From Sphaeroforma arctica JP610 (lineage: Eukaryota), in contig NW_014039797.1 in assembly GCF_001186125.1 (NCBI RefSeq), forward strand, positions 1-39,788: 39,788 nt of DNA. The letters are read 5' to 3'. The notes beneath the pieces are model-generated. The model made no database searches and was not told the DNA's origin. It was given only the letters and a program-made list of their open reading frames with translations. This document shows, in pieces, positions 1 to 10,877 of this stretch. Numbering within the stretch: position 1 is the stretch's first letter; each line of letters starts with the position of its first letter. The translations under genes and the position numbers were made by a program.

Positions 1-60
1 TTTATATGTATATGTTTATATACATGTGTACGTTTGTGTGTGTGTGTATGTTTCGCTTTT
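1..60. repeat. (TA)n/(TG)n microsatellite tail
   Basis: Alternating TA/TG dinucleotides. Confidence 0.8.
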
Positions 61-1220
61 CGTTTACTAATTTGTATGTATCTTGTTATATATATTCCGT
101 ACAAGTTGCTAAACATTCTGTTCATGTTCGCATTCACATACAACATGTTCATGTGGAATACATGCGACCATTATACTGTGCGGTTCACTGTCAGCCTTCT
201 AAAAAAAAGGGTTTCTGAACACTTGAAGTTAAGGTATTCAATACATTCCTCTAACATGTAGTACAACATGCGATTACGATTCTCACAGCTCATCGTTGGC
301 TGAGTTCGTCCACGAATACAGTTGCCACCTCATATACATTCTATATATAGCGCATTCCGTGCAATTATCTCTTGTTTCCTTTGACTTGCACGAGTGAGAA
401 ATATCACCTTACGCAAAACTCCATCTGCCAGTACCTAAATGTACACAGGTCGACTAAATTCGCTAAGACTATCCAATATGTACCGATGCCACTCCTTTTC
501 TTTGACCTTAAATTATATTTGGGCTATATCGATTCGCAGTTGGAAATTGTAACATGCAAACCGAATTCACGTGAATTAAAATACACATTTGGCATCAGTG
601 AACACCAACTTGGACTGTGACCTTATAGTAATTATCCAGAACGATACCAGAAACTCTATTTGGAATGTAAGAACTTATCATCCTGCATGACCATATCGTC
701 GGCCTTTCACTTTCACTCCAATTTTATCTCCACAGCCAGTATCATTCCAGAAATGCAGGCCATTGATCACTCCACCGTTGTGCAATTATTGTAGAGTGCT
801 ATTTTTCTTCTATGTCATCCGCACCTAATATTGGTGGGACCATGTGCGCAGTCATTTGGATAATTCGTCACGCGCCCGTATTGGTACAGTGCCTCGATTT
901 AGCTATACTGAGGCGCTCGACTGAGATTACTTCGTTCATTTAAGGCACTTTGAGCAATCACCCATCAGCAAGCGGCGTAATCAGGCTAACATCACTTGCC
1001 TGAATACTCAACTGTGTATATAATCAGCACAATGAATAGGTACATACCTGTCTATACAAGACGATACTTTGCCCTTCGAAGAGTACTCTGTTGATGGTGA
1101 AAGCGCAACAACACTACAGCACCTTCTCGTTGACGCTCATCCAACGCCTTCTAAATTTATGTTGTATTTTACTTTGTTCGCGCAAACTACAGACGCAAGG
1201 CAGATTCGAATATTTCCAGT

Positions 1221-2342
1221 CTAATAGTTCCCATACACGCCCGGTGGATTGATCTTAAAACGATTACGCGAAGCCTTTGCGCGTTTCAACACTTCGTCAC
1301 GAAGCTTGGACGACGTCTCGCACCGTAGAACAAAGCTCCGAGGTTCCTCCTTGAACACCATCTCAATGTAGGCTTCATCGTCCTGTTGCTTGTTCTCCAC
1401 TGGATAAAGGGGGTCTACTTTTCGGCGATGTATGCTGACAATCTCATTGTACTCGAGATCTTGATCGCACAGACAATTCGAGCGCTCGCCAGCGCGGTCA
1501 TGGCAAAAACAGTCGCAGAACGGATGTATCAGATCCTCAGGACAATCATGGATCTCTTCGTAGTGTAAAGACATAAACGTGTAGTACAACTTTAGTACCA
1601 TACGAGTCTTATTATAATCCGGGCTTACCAGCCTATACTCGTCTGCGGTTTGCTTGTACGCTGTAACCGGCGAATTCACCGGCCTGACCGCTTCGCCCTG
1701 CCAACAGTGGAACTCCACATAGTTGCGCATCTCCAATTCCTCGGCTGTTTTGAGCCCATCTTTCGCACCCGAACCACGGGGTGACGCGGAAGTGTCCTTA
1801 GTTCCAAGGCTAAACTTAGCCAACCAATTGACCGCACTATCTAACAAGCTATCCATAGTCCCAGACGACTGCCTCCGCTCCGGTTCCCCAGCATTAGCGG
1901 CACGCTTGTAGTTGTTCACACGTGGGGGGTTGATGTTATTGTTACGCTCGTGCCCGCTTCGCCCTATCTCTGCTGGTTTAGACCCAGTACTGCGTTCAGG
2001 GTACTTTATATTGTTTTGATTGTCAAACTGTACGCGTATCTCCTTTGCCAATTGCCTTGAGGCTTCGTTGCGACGTGCGCTTTTCAATCGTGGTGTGTCT
2101 TTCGATATACCCGGGGCACTGCTTGTGGGATCGGCGTCTGTGTCACTGTTGGCCCCTGATGTGGTGATGCTGATAGTCGTATCACTAAGCTTGGGTTTCT
2201 CAGGTAAACAGGGGTCTAACAAGTCTCTATCTACTACACTGGGACTTGCTTCAGAAGGCTCCGTCACACTCAAACTTGGGGTATTTCCGTTAAAAGTCTC
2301 ATTTGTACCGACAACCACCTTTTCTGCCACTACACCCGTCAT
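1221..2342 (-). CDS. Hypothetical protein: Ser/Thr-rich disordered N-half, C-half with Cys/His cluster and possibly a PH-like fold
   Basis: Uninterrupted 373-aa ATG ORF with AT-rich upstream flank; HDCPEDLIHPFCDCFCHD..NCLC cluster; C-terminal RSFVLRCETSSKLRDEVL resembles a PH strand-helix end (weak). Confidence 0.7.
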   Translation of the reverse strand: MTGVVAEKVVVGTNETFNGNTPSLSVTEPSEASPSVVDRDLLDPCLPEKPKLSDTTISITTSGANSDTDADPTSSAPGISKDTPRLKSARRNEASRQLAKEIRVQFDNQNNIKYPERSTGSKPAEIGRSGHERNNNINPPRVNNYKRAANAGEPERRQSSGTMDSLLDSAVNWLAKFSLGTKDTSASPRGSGAKDGLKTAEELEMRNYVEFHCWQGEAVRPVNSPVTAYKQTADEYRLVSPDYNKTRMVLKLYYTFMSLHYEEIHDCPEDLIHPFCDCFCHDRAGERSNCLCDQDLEYNEIVSIHRRKVDPLYPVENKQQDDEAYIEMVFKEEPRSFVLRCETSSKLRDEVLKRAKASRNRFKINPPGVYGNY

Positions 2343-3111
2343 GCTTAACAGGTAACGATATACGAGTCAACTTGTATAATCTGAAGAGCACCAATAATAC
2401 TTTATTCTATCTCATAAAAATACTACTTTGCTACTACTACAAATACTTATAGTAATATGCTACAGAGACGCCCGGAATAGCATGTGGTATTATGATACTC
2501 AGCATCCAAAATGGGAGCCACGGTTGGAAGCAATTTTAACCATAACATAGTTTTCTATCTCTCTTTATCTTGCTGCTGTAGATTCTATAGATGTAAAATA
2601 TAGAATTTCGATTTTTGTCCTGTGTGTGTCTCGGACTAAATATTGACACAATAATCAAGGTGGACAAATTTTACAGGAATTTGTTACTCTAATAGCAAGT
2701 ATGAAGTCGCATATAGTTGTACAGATTATCGAGTTGTGGTCTGTTAACATTTGGACAAAATTCGAGGTGGATTCAAATAAAGTTAGACAAATGTCGAGCT
2801 TCTACTATAATTATCATAATTTTTCGATGGATTTGTCACCAAATTTAGTCATTTAGTACACAGGCGGGAAACAGAAACTTTCCCTGATTCCCAGAATCCC
2901 ACAAATCTACAATCCCGATTCCCAAATCCCACATGTTGCCGAACAAATCTAATCTTGTGCTTTCTATTTTTGGATGCCTTTCCAAAAGTGGGGCGAGGAC
3001 GCGAGGACTCCGAGGCCCAAGCCTCCATCCTCGAGCTCACGGCGTCGCGCCCAGTCCCCAGAGCCCACTCACTCAAAAGTCTATTTAATATTATTTTTTT
3101 AATAAATAGAG

Positions 3112-3150
3112 GGCCCAAGCCCCAAGGCCCCAGGCCCCAGGCCCCAGGCC
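3112..3150. repeat. Short tandem repeat of ~7-bp unit GGCCCCA
   Basis: ggcccaagccccaaggccccaggccccaggccccaggcc. Confidence 0.8.
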
Positions 3151-4618
3151 ACAGTGTGACCCAGACTGAAGGCAGAGGCTCCTCGAGTGGGGGGGGGATT
3201 ACTCTTTTGTCTTTTTTTAATAAAAACAATAAAATATACAGTGACCTTTTATAGTTGATAGTTCACGTCTTCACTTTGAGACATCTACCCTCTTTGGCGT
3301 TCATATGGCCGTGTTCTACTTTCCACTCAAATCGCTTACTGAAGAAGACGTCAGGCGACACATGAATCCCCCCGAGATTGGCGGTTTCCAACCAGATGTC
3401 GTGTGGGGAGATTTCAACTTCAAAGCCCGGAAGTATGGCCACGCATCTACAAATCACGGACTACGTATGAAAACGATTGAGACTACTCTGCGTAAGACGT
3501 GGCACTTGGACTACCTCTATGCTGGCGGCTCATCTGGTACTGAACATGCGTATCATCGACCTACCACCCCCGCCTCCCTCCAAACCTATAAGCTGACGGA
3601 CTACGGTATCTGTGGTGACCACACCTTTGACTCGATCTCCAGATACTTCCCACGAATCAAATCCATCGGCCCCCAACAAATGCCAGCAATGCCGTCGCCT
3701 CCGGACCAACGCCTCCCCTCCCATGGATATAACCGATATCGCCATCGACTGTATCACCTACGCAACAAATCCCGCGCGCGACTATTCCAAGCCGAAATCC
3801 GGGCGCATCAGAACCTACTACGGTCGTATCTCACTTTACATGGACCAGCGGAAGGGCTGCTACGAATCCTCAACCGCATCTGGTGCTATACCACTAACCC
3901 ACAAATCTTTGGAGGGTTATATTGTGACTTAAACAGACCTTGGGTTCAGCGGCTGCCAAACCACTCGTTCCGCCCACGTCTGACCGACCAAAGCAATGCT
4001 CGAATGTTCAAAGATATTGCGTACCAACGACGGTCTCCGCGCCAACCCTGCATACCGGGTACCGATGACACAGGCGTTACCCTCGCTGGCTACTTTGAGG
4101 CCCTATTCAACTCTACAAACCCGTACGTGGTTCCAATGGATACCGAACCCTCTCCTGATGTCCCTTCCACCATACGCCCCGACGATGTAATGGAGGCAAT
4201 ACTACGCTATCCCAATAAGGGACCTGGCCCCGACGGGATCCACATCCTTCTTCTGAAGGCCGCAGTGGAGCGCTCTACCGAACGCCTGACATTAGGACGC
4301 CCCGACGCCAATAGCCCACTGATTAGATTCCTTGCCGAAGCATTCACTCAGCTACTGAAGGCAGATACCTTCCCCGCAGCCCTGAACTGCAGCCTCCTGA
4401 CAGCGCACCCAAAGAAAGCCGATCCAGATATCACCTCCCCCGCCAACTTCCGCCCCATCACGCTTCCGCAAATAGTCAGACGCATCTTTGAAAAGTGCTT
4501 TATTAATCTGATTACGAGCCACCCCGGCTCTGCTACCCATGCTACCCAAGCTGGCTTCAAATCACGGTACTCCTGTCATACCCAAGCACTTGCCGCCATG
4601 GAATCTGAGACACAGTCG

Positions 4619-4800
4619 GAAGAGGAGTGGAACAACGACCGTCTGGACAATACCACAGCATACGACAAGGTTGCTCTCCCGCGCCTGTGGGTACTTCTGC
4701 GCCACGCTCAGAAGAGGAGTGGAACAACGACAGTCTGGACAATACCACGGCATACGACAAGGTTGCTCTCTCGCGCCTGTGGGTACTTCTGCGCCACGCT
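4619..4800. repeat. 90-bp tandem duplication (period 92) inside LINE A RT
   Basis: gaagaggagtggaacaacgac...gccacgct at 4619-4708 and 4711-4800; single copy in LINE B; causes a frameshift. Confidence 0.93.
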
Positions 4801-6401
4801 GGAATGCTCAAAAGCTGGATCAACTGCCTCCTCGTGCTATTTGAGAGGGTCCCTACCGAGTGACATACCGCGGCACGCTCTCGCCTCTATTCCATAGAAC
4901 GAATGGCATCCTACAAAGCTCGATCATTATTTACATGGATTCCTTAGCTGTCACGCTAGCTCGATTTCGGCCCAAGCTCCTCCGCCCTTATTTATTTGTC
5001 GATGACACATGGATCCAAGCCCCTCGATCGGTTTCGCTCCAGCCCTTCTTAGATGACATTGATGCGTGGGGACGCAAATCTGGCCTCGAACAGGGTGTCA
5101 TTAAACCCCGAGTACGATCTACCGACTTGCGACACGCGGCGCCAACCCTCCGTATAAATGGTGAACATATCACGCTGACGCTTGCAGACGCACCTTGGAA
5201 CCCACGTTACCTCCCCCTGAAACTGGCACCCACACATGCCGAACCGAAACACTTCAAATACCTGGGGTTCCCACTCTCTCACGGAGTACCAGGAATCAAC
5301 CTCACTAGACATATGGAATCCCTGGTTGCAGTATTGACCCCGGGTATCGCCTCCATCCGCGCTTATGGCTTCCATGGCTTCAGCTGGCGACACCCCCGCA
5401 ACCGACTGGTGCTGTTGTAAACATTCATCCTATCCACGGCTACATATGGCCTGAACATTGTTGCCTGGGCTCCGCCTATATGGAAGGATACGCTGGGCCC
5501 CCTGTTTGAGCGCTATAACTCAACACGCATCCAAGCAGCAGCCATCATCACGGGCACTAAATACCCTCGGTTTCCCAAACATCAAACAAACTTACTTCAC
5601 TTTTGCGACCTGCTCCCCGCGCGACCATTCGCGGACTACCTCGGAGGTTGCCTGGGAATACAACTCGACTCAATGGCCAGCACAAATCCACTTACCCTCT
5701 GACGCAACCCACCTGGGCCCACGAAAAACCATCACTGCGCTTCCCGTACAGTATCTATGCTCACCTGAAAACTGTACACAAAACCACGGGCGGGCGTACA
5801 CCCGACCATGTAGCCCTCTGCCAACGCTGTGACGACATCAGGAAGAACTCAACAAAACGTTGGTTCAACAAGGAGATCGCGGCAATGGCCCGGCGCCAAT
5901 ACTACTACCAACTGGTTATGAGTAAACCGCCAACCTCAAACCGAGACACAGCCAGACACGACAGCTCCAATCGCTGCTTCGAGTCTACACCAATCCGGCT
6001 CTGTGCTATGATTGTAACGAATACGTACATGTTCACATTGCTTGACTACCGTACCGACGGCTGTCTCTGCCCTGTCTGCCCCGGTAGCCACAAGTTCACT
6101 ACCAGCCACTTTACCTGCATCCAACAACTGATTCGACGCATCCTGGTAGGCCCGAAACTGCCGCCCATTGGCGCTGACCTCCTTCAGCAATTACAGGAGT
6201 GCCACGACTTCCACGGTATCTGGACCCTCCACGAACGCCTTGGATCTTTTCTCCAGCATGTTGAAGAAGCACTGTACCCTCACCCATTCCTGGCACATCA
6301 ACAGATGTTCCCTATACCCCTGCTAATCACGCTGTTGAAGTACTACTTCCAAATATCGGTTCAAACCAAATCATTGCGCTTGTTGGTTCCGACTATGGTA
6401 C

Positions 6402-6654
6402 NNNNNNNNNNNNNNNNNNNNNNNNNNNNNNNNNNNNNNNNNNNNNNNNNNNNNNNNNNNNNNNNNNNNNNNNNNNNNNNNNNNNNNNNNNNNNNNNNNN
6501 NNNNNNNNNNNNNNNNNNNNNNNNNNNNNNNNNNNNNNNNNNNNNNNNNNNNNNNNNNNNNNNNNNNNNNNNNNNNNNNNNNNNNNNNNNNNNNNNNNNN
6601 NNNNNNNNNNNNNNNNNNNNNNNNNNNNNNNNNNNNNNNNNNNNNNNNNNNNNN
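6402..6654. other. Assembly gap
   Basis: Run of N. Confidence 1.
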
Positions 6655-7719
6655 TACCATATGTTCATACATTATATCATACATACTTGCCATTTTTGAA
6701 ATAAATAATATTATCCCTATATCTCCTGATCGAGCCATCTACTAAAATAGCTCATGGCTAATATATGGCTTATAGCCTATCACACATGTGCATGATCGGT
6801 CCTACACTATTATTTCGGTCCATCGCCTCAACTAGGCTGAGTCCTTTCTCTCAGGTTCTGATGCCCTACAGCTACATACTACACCAGTCGTCGAATTCGG
6901 AAAATCGTCAAATTCGTACAGGATCTGGCGAATCAAAAAGGTAATATTGATAGTGAACGGCAGACAGAACTATAACAATGTGGCCACCTGGTGTTTGGCG
7001 TTCCACTTCGCAATTGGTCTTACCGGTTCTAATCGGTAGTTCCCAAAACGGTAGACCTTCTTAAAGTTTTTAAGAGCTGTTGTTTTTAGAGTTAGGAAAG
7101 GAAAAATTAAGCGCATGTTCAATATACAAAGTGATGCTGATCATTCGATCAATATGAGCTGGTCACTGAGTATACGATCTGTTATATTCAAGATCGCATT
7201 CTAGTGCTGGAAGGCTTGCATACACCAAAATACTATTGTAATGGTACGCTAGCCCGGAAAGCATGTAGACACAACTGTGTCATGTGTGTGTGTTTCGTCT
7301 TTGTAAGCAAAATAGAATACCAGAACCTGGCCAAACCGGCGTGATAACAATCCTGCACCCGTGGGTCTTCGATTTTTTTACCAATCGGTGGTATATATTT
7401 CTTTATGTCAATGTGGTACTTCGTATTTAACGCTTTGTCATAGATTAAATGTACAATCAGTGCCGCATGTGCTAGTGTCACTGGGGCCGACTCGATGAAC
7501 CAATCACATATTGACAATACCTGTACGCTGGGACTGTCTTAGGAGTGTAGTATATCGCCTCGTGCCCAATCCCAATCGTAGCGACAGGATTCCTGTACTT
7601 ATCGGTCGAAGACTTTTTGGTTGCTTGTACTTTTGCTAAAGATGAATTTTGAGCTAAACCAAATTGCCGCGGGAACTCCTCCTTTACGTTCCTAGCGACG
7701 CTGTCGCCCAGATGAAACG

Positions 7720-7929
7720 ACATGCATGAAACCATCGACACCCGCTCTCAACATCATCCCGACGCTACAAAAGCAGCTTTAATCCACTACCTCCGCACCA
7801 AGCAGGAGGCCCGCTGCAGACATGACCAAGTACCCAAAATTCTTACCCGCAGTATGGATGCTCTACTGCACCCCTTTGTATTCAACTCTACATGTAACCT
7901 ATCTCTTTGAAATAAATAATGATATCCCT
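7720..7929 (+). mobile_element. Short 3' fragment of a diverged LINE of the same group
   Basis: Ends ctatctctttgaaataaataatgatatccct, matching the 3' termini of copies A and B; preceded by a short C-rich ORF. 5' boundary approximate. Confidence 0.55.
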
Positions 7930-8172
7930 GAGTGACACCGTGAGTTCAGCACAGCAAATAGATTTTTCAATACAATGAGTACCTCTGTGACAAGTATATA
8001 TGTGAGACAACATTGAGTGTAGACCGTGCCCGTTCTCAGTGTATAAGTCTTAACATTACTCGTCCCACTGGGGTGGGTGGCAGATTGTAGTTTACCACAA
8101 GTTTTTAAAGCATTGCTCTTTATTGGTGATGAGGGCCGCCATTAAGTGCTTTAGTTAAAACTTCCCTGCGCG

Positions 8173-8799
8173 TGTAATAGCCTGGCCTCCACATTAGACT
8201 CTATGATATAAACGTACTCTTAAGCAGTACGTATATTATATACGTACTCTTAATAGTACGAAAAACTTAAGTTTCCTAAATGGTTTTTAACGGTTTTATT
8301 AATTAATACCTTTTCCATTTTACATATCAGATATTTGGATGAAGGCCATTAAAAGGCCCGATTAAACTGCTAAACATAAGAGTTGGTCTAGTTCTATTAA
8401 TAGAACTATATTTACTTTCCAACTTTATTTATATCTGAATACTTCGGTAGCGAGATGGTTCAACCGAATATCGGTTTCTAGGGACAATTAACGTTACCTA
8501 GTTGATCCTCCGATCAGCCAACCAGATGTGCCAGTCTGATGAAGGCTAAGTCGGTAATTCTTGATACGTGGCAAGATATTGGTTAAGACAATAACTAAGG
8601 ACATCAAAGAGCTTTTTTCTTTTTCTTTCTTTTTTCTAAAGATAGGATTTTATGAGTCTCTCAGATCCGCCGGCATACCTAACTTTACTAAATGTCTCAT
8701 TTCGTTCATTTACTTTGAAATTTTCACGATATTTAGAATTTACCTACACGTTTATTTACTCTAAGGCGTTAATATCGCCTTAATAGACCGAATCTTACA
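8173..8799 (+). mobile_element. Solo LTR of the Gypsy-1 family
   Basis: TGTAATAG...TCTTACA, collinear with 15065-15834; flanked by 4-bp direct repeat CGCG (8169-8172, 8800-8803). Confidence 0.9.
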
Positions 8800-9079
8800 C
8801 GCGCAAGTGTGATTTCAATGCGATCATTACGACTATGTTCTCTCGTGGACACGACCGGATGAATCCGTACATTGTTTACTTTTACATACAACACACTATT
8901 CAAACTCGTTGCAAATAATAACTAGCTTTGTCGACAAAATTGATTGAACATGTCCCCCGGTAAAAGTTTAATTACAGAGGTTAATAAAACTGTGGATGTA
9001 CTTGTAAAATACTTTCAGACTGGTGAAAGGGTTGTGAGAAGGCTCGTAGCGTATATCCGTCCTGCGCAAGAATAACAAA

Positions 9080-9372
9080 CATTAAGTTGTCGGAATAAAG
9101 AAAAGGTAGTTGTTAAAGTTGACTTCCTAGCCCATAGTGGTTACTTTTGACTAACCAAGCTGACAATATAATATCCATGCATTTACATTAAAGAAAATAC
9201 GTTTGAAAGTCAAAGTGCATAAAGTAAACTAAGTTTAGCCTCAGCCCTCTGTGGCAATAAGCAAAAGATAAGAGAATTTAAGACTGAGGCTATTATCTAT
9301 ATAGCTCTGCTCTAATCACTCACTAGTCTGGTCTGGATTTATTTGATGTCAGCGACTAAGATCACACAGAGT
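9080..9372 (-). repeat. Main part of putative 3' LTR of Gypsy-2 (continues at 18546-18586)
   Basis: 9149-9372 aligns with 22558-22756 (ctatatagct..tctaatcactcact.., agcaaaagat); left boundary approximate. Confidence 0.7.
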
Positions 9373-10622
9373 TACCCCCTTGTCAACTAATCTACCACGC
9401 ACGGACCATCTCTGGTAGGGCATACCAACCAAAACACGATGCAAACCTCGTCTTACCTAACCCGCAAATCCCGGCAAGCGCTAAAGAACCAGCGCGTGCG
9501 AACCCCGGACGACTCCACGTACCAACGGTCTTCCCGACACAATCATCCGACACGATGGTTACCAATACGCAGCCTTAAACTTCCACCACAGACTCTCCTA
9601 CGACAGGTAACGATATAGAAATGGCCGATATCAATAAGGAGAAGAGCCCAGCAGTATTGATTAAGGATGAACAATGTTAGGGCCAATGAGCATGCCGCAC
9701 TTCAACCCACAAGGACTTGACATGGACAACGCAGCACATGCAGATAAGTGTTTGAACGTTATATCGATTTTGAGTTAGATTGATGATATGTGTGTGGTTG
9801 AAACCTGGCATAACATCACATTTCTTAAACATATACGCTCGAACACACACTACCATATTCTACATCATACAACACGGCGTAATATCTTACATTCTTCACA
9901 CTGTAATATTGGCGTCTTTTCCAAACACCACCCATCGAAATTTGAACTTGTACACTCATCGTACGCTGTGTTTTTTGTGTTCCGTATGGTTGTGTTCAAC
10001 CTCCCACTCAAATCACTTACCGAAAAAGACGTCAGGCAATACATAAATCCTCTCCAGATTGGCAATTTCCAACCAGACGTTGTTTGTGTGGGGGATTTCA
10101 ACTTCAAAGCCCGCAAGTATGGCCCCGCATCTACAAATGACGGATCACGTATGAATACAATCGAGACTACCCTGCGTAATACATGGCACTTGGACTACCG
10201 CTATGCTGGCGGCTCAACTGGTACAGAACATACGTATCATCGGCCTGCCACCCCCGCTTCCTTCCTGACCTATAAGCTGATGGACCACGGTATCTGTGAA
10301 GACCACACCTTTGGACTCGATCTCCAGGTACTTCCAATGGAGCAAATTCATCGGCCGCAACAAATGCCACCAATGCCGCCGCCTCCGGACCAACGCCTCC
10401 CCTCTCATGGATATAGCCGATATCGCCATCGACTTTATCACCTACGCAACAAATCCCGCGCACGACTGTTCCAAGCCGAAATCCGGGCGTATCAGAACCT
10501 ACTTCGATCATATCTCACCTTGCACGGTCCAGCGGAAGGGCTGTTACATATCCTCAATCGCATCTGGCGGTATGCCGCAAACCCAAAAAAAAAAAAATTT
10601 CTTCGGAGGATTCTACTACGAC
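9373..10622 (+). mobile_element. LINE copy B, 5' part (APE endonuclease)
   Basis: FNPQGL...VVETWH...VGDFN; 9985-10622 aligns with 3305-3928 of copy A. Confidence 0.85.
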
Positions 10623-10877
10623 ATACCTAAAACCTGCATACAAGCAAGTTAAGAAATGTGCTGCGGAAAGCATGCCCATTCTTGTAAACACTATCTTACA
10701 AAATGCGACAAATGTGAAAAGACAAATGGCTACCACACTAAATCGTGTAACTTCAGACCCGACATTAAGTTGAACTGACGGTACTACCGGGTACAATCGT
10801 CACACAGACAGTACAACGACTCTTTAGATGAGCGTGTAATATTCCCTGTATATTGCAATGGAAATAAAATCCTTGCG

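Larger units (their letters stand above)
3260..6718 (+). mobile_element. Non-LTR retrotransposon (LINE-like) copy A, 5'-truncated and frameshifted APE-RT-zinc finger
   Basis: APE motif WGDFN; RT motifs KGPGPDGI, NFRPITL, QAGF, AYDKV, LFVDD, FKYLG; C-terminal CPVCPGSHKFTTSHFTC; 3' end TTTGAAATAAATAATATTATCCCT shared with copy B. 5' boundary approximate. Confidence 0.92.

Noticed and set aside
2020..2355. Antisense ORF and similar shadow ORFs over LINE, pol and Cys-rich genes
   Set aside because: Explained by overlap with longer motif-bearing frames
2849..3254. Protein-coding ORFs on either strand
   Set aside because: Driven by a GC-rich 7-mer repeat; no recognisable protein features
5418..5420. 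Stop-codon reassignment or programmed readthrough from the shared TAA
   Set aside because: Lies in a near-identical patch of two otherwise decayed copies; host-like ORFs have no internal stops
8505..8560. Hammerhead ribozyme at CTGATGA in the LTR
   Set aside because: No stem II followed by GAAA; pairing not conserved in the second LTR
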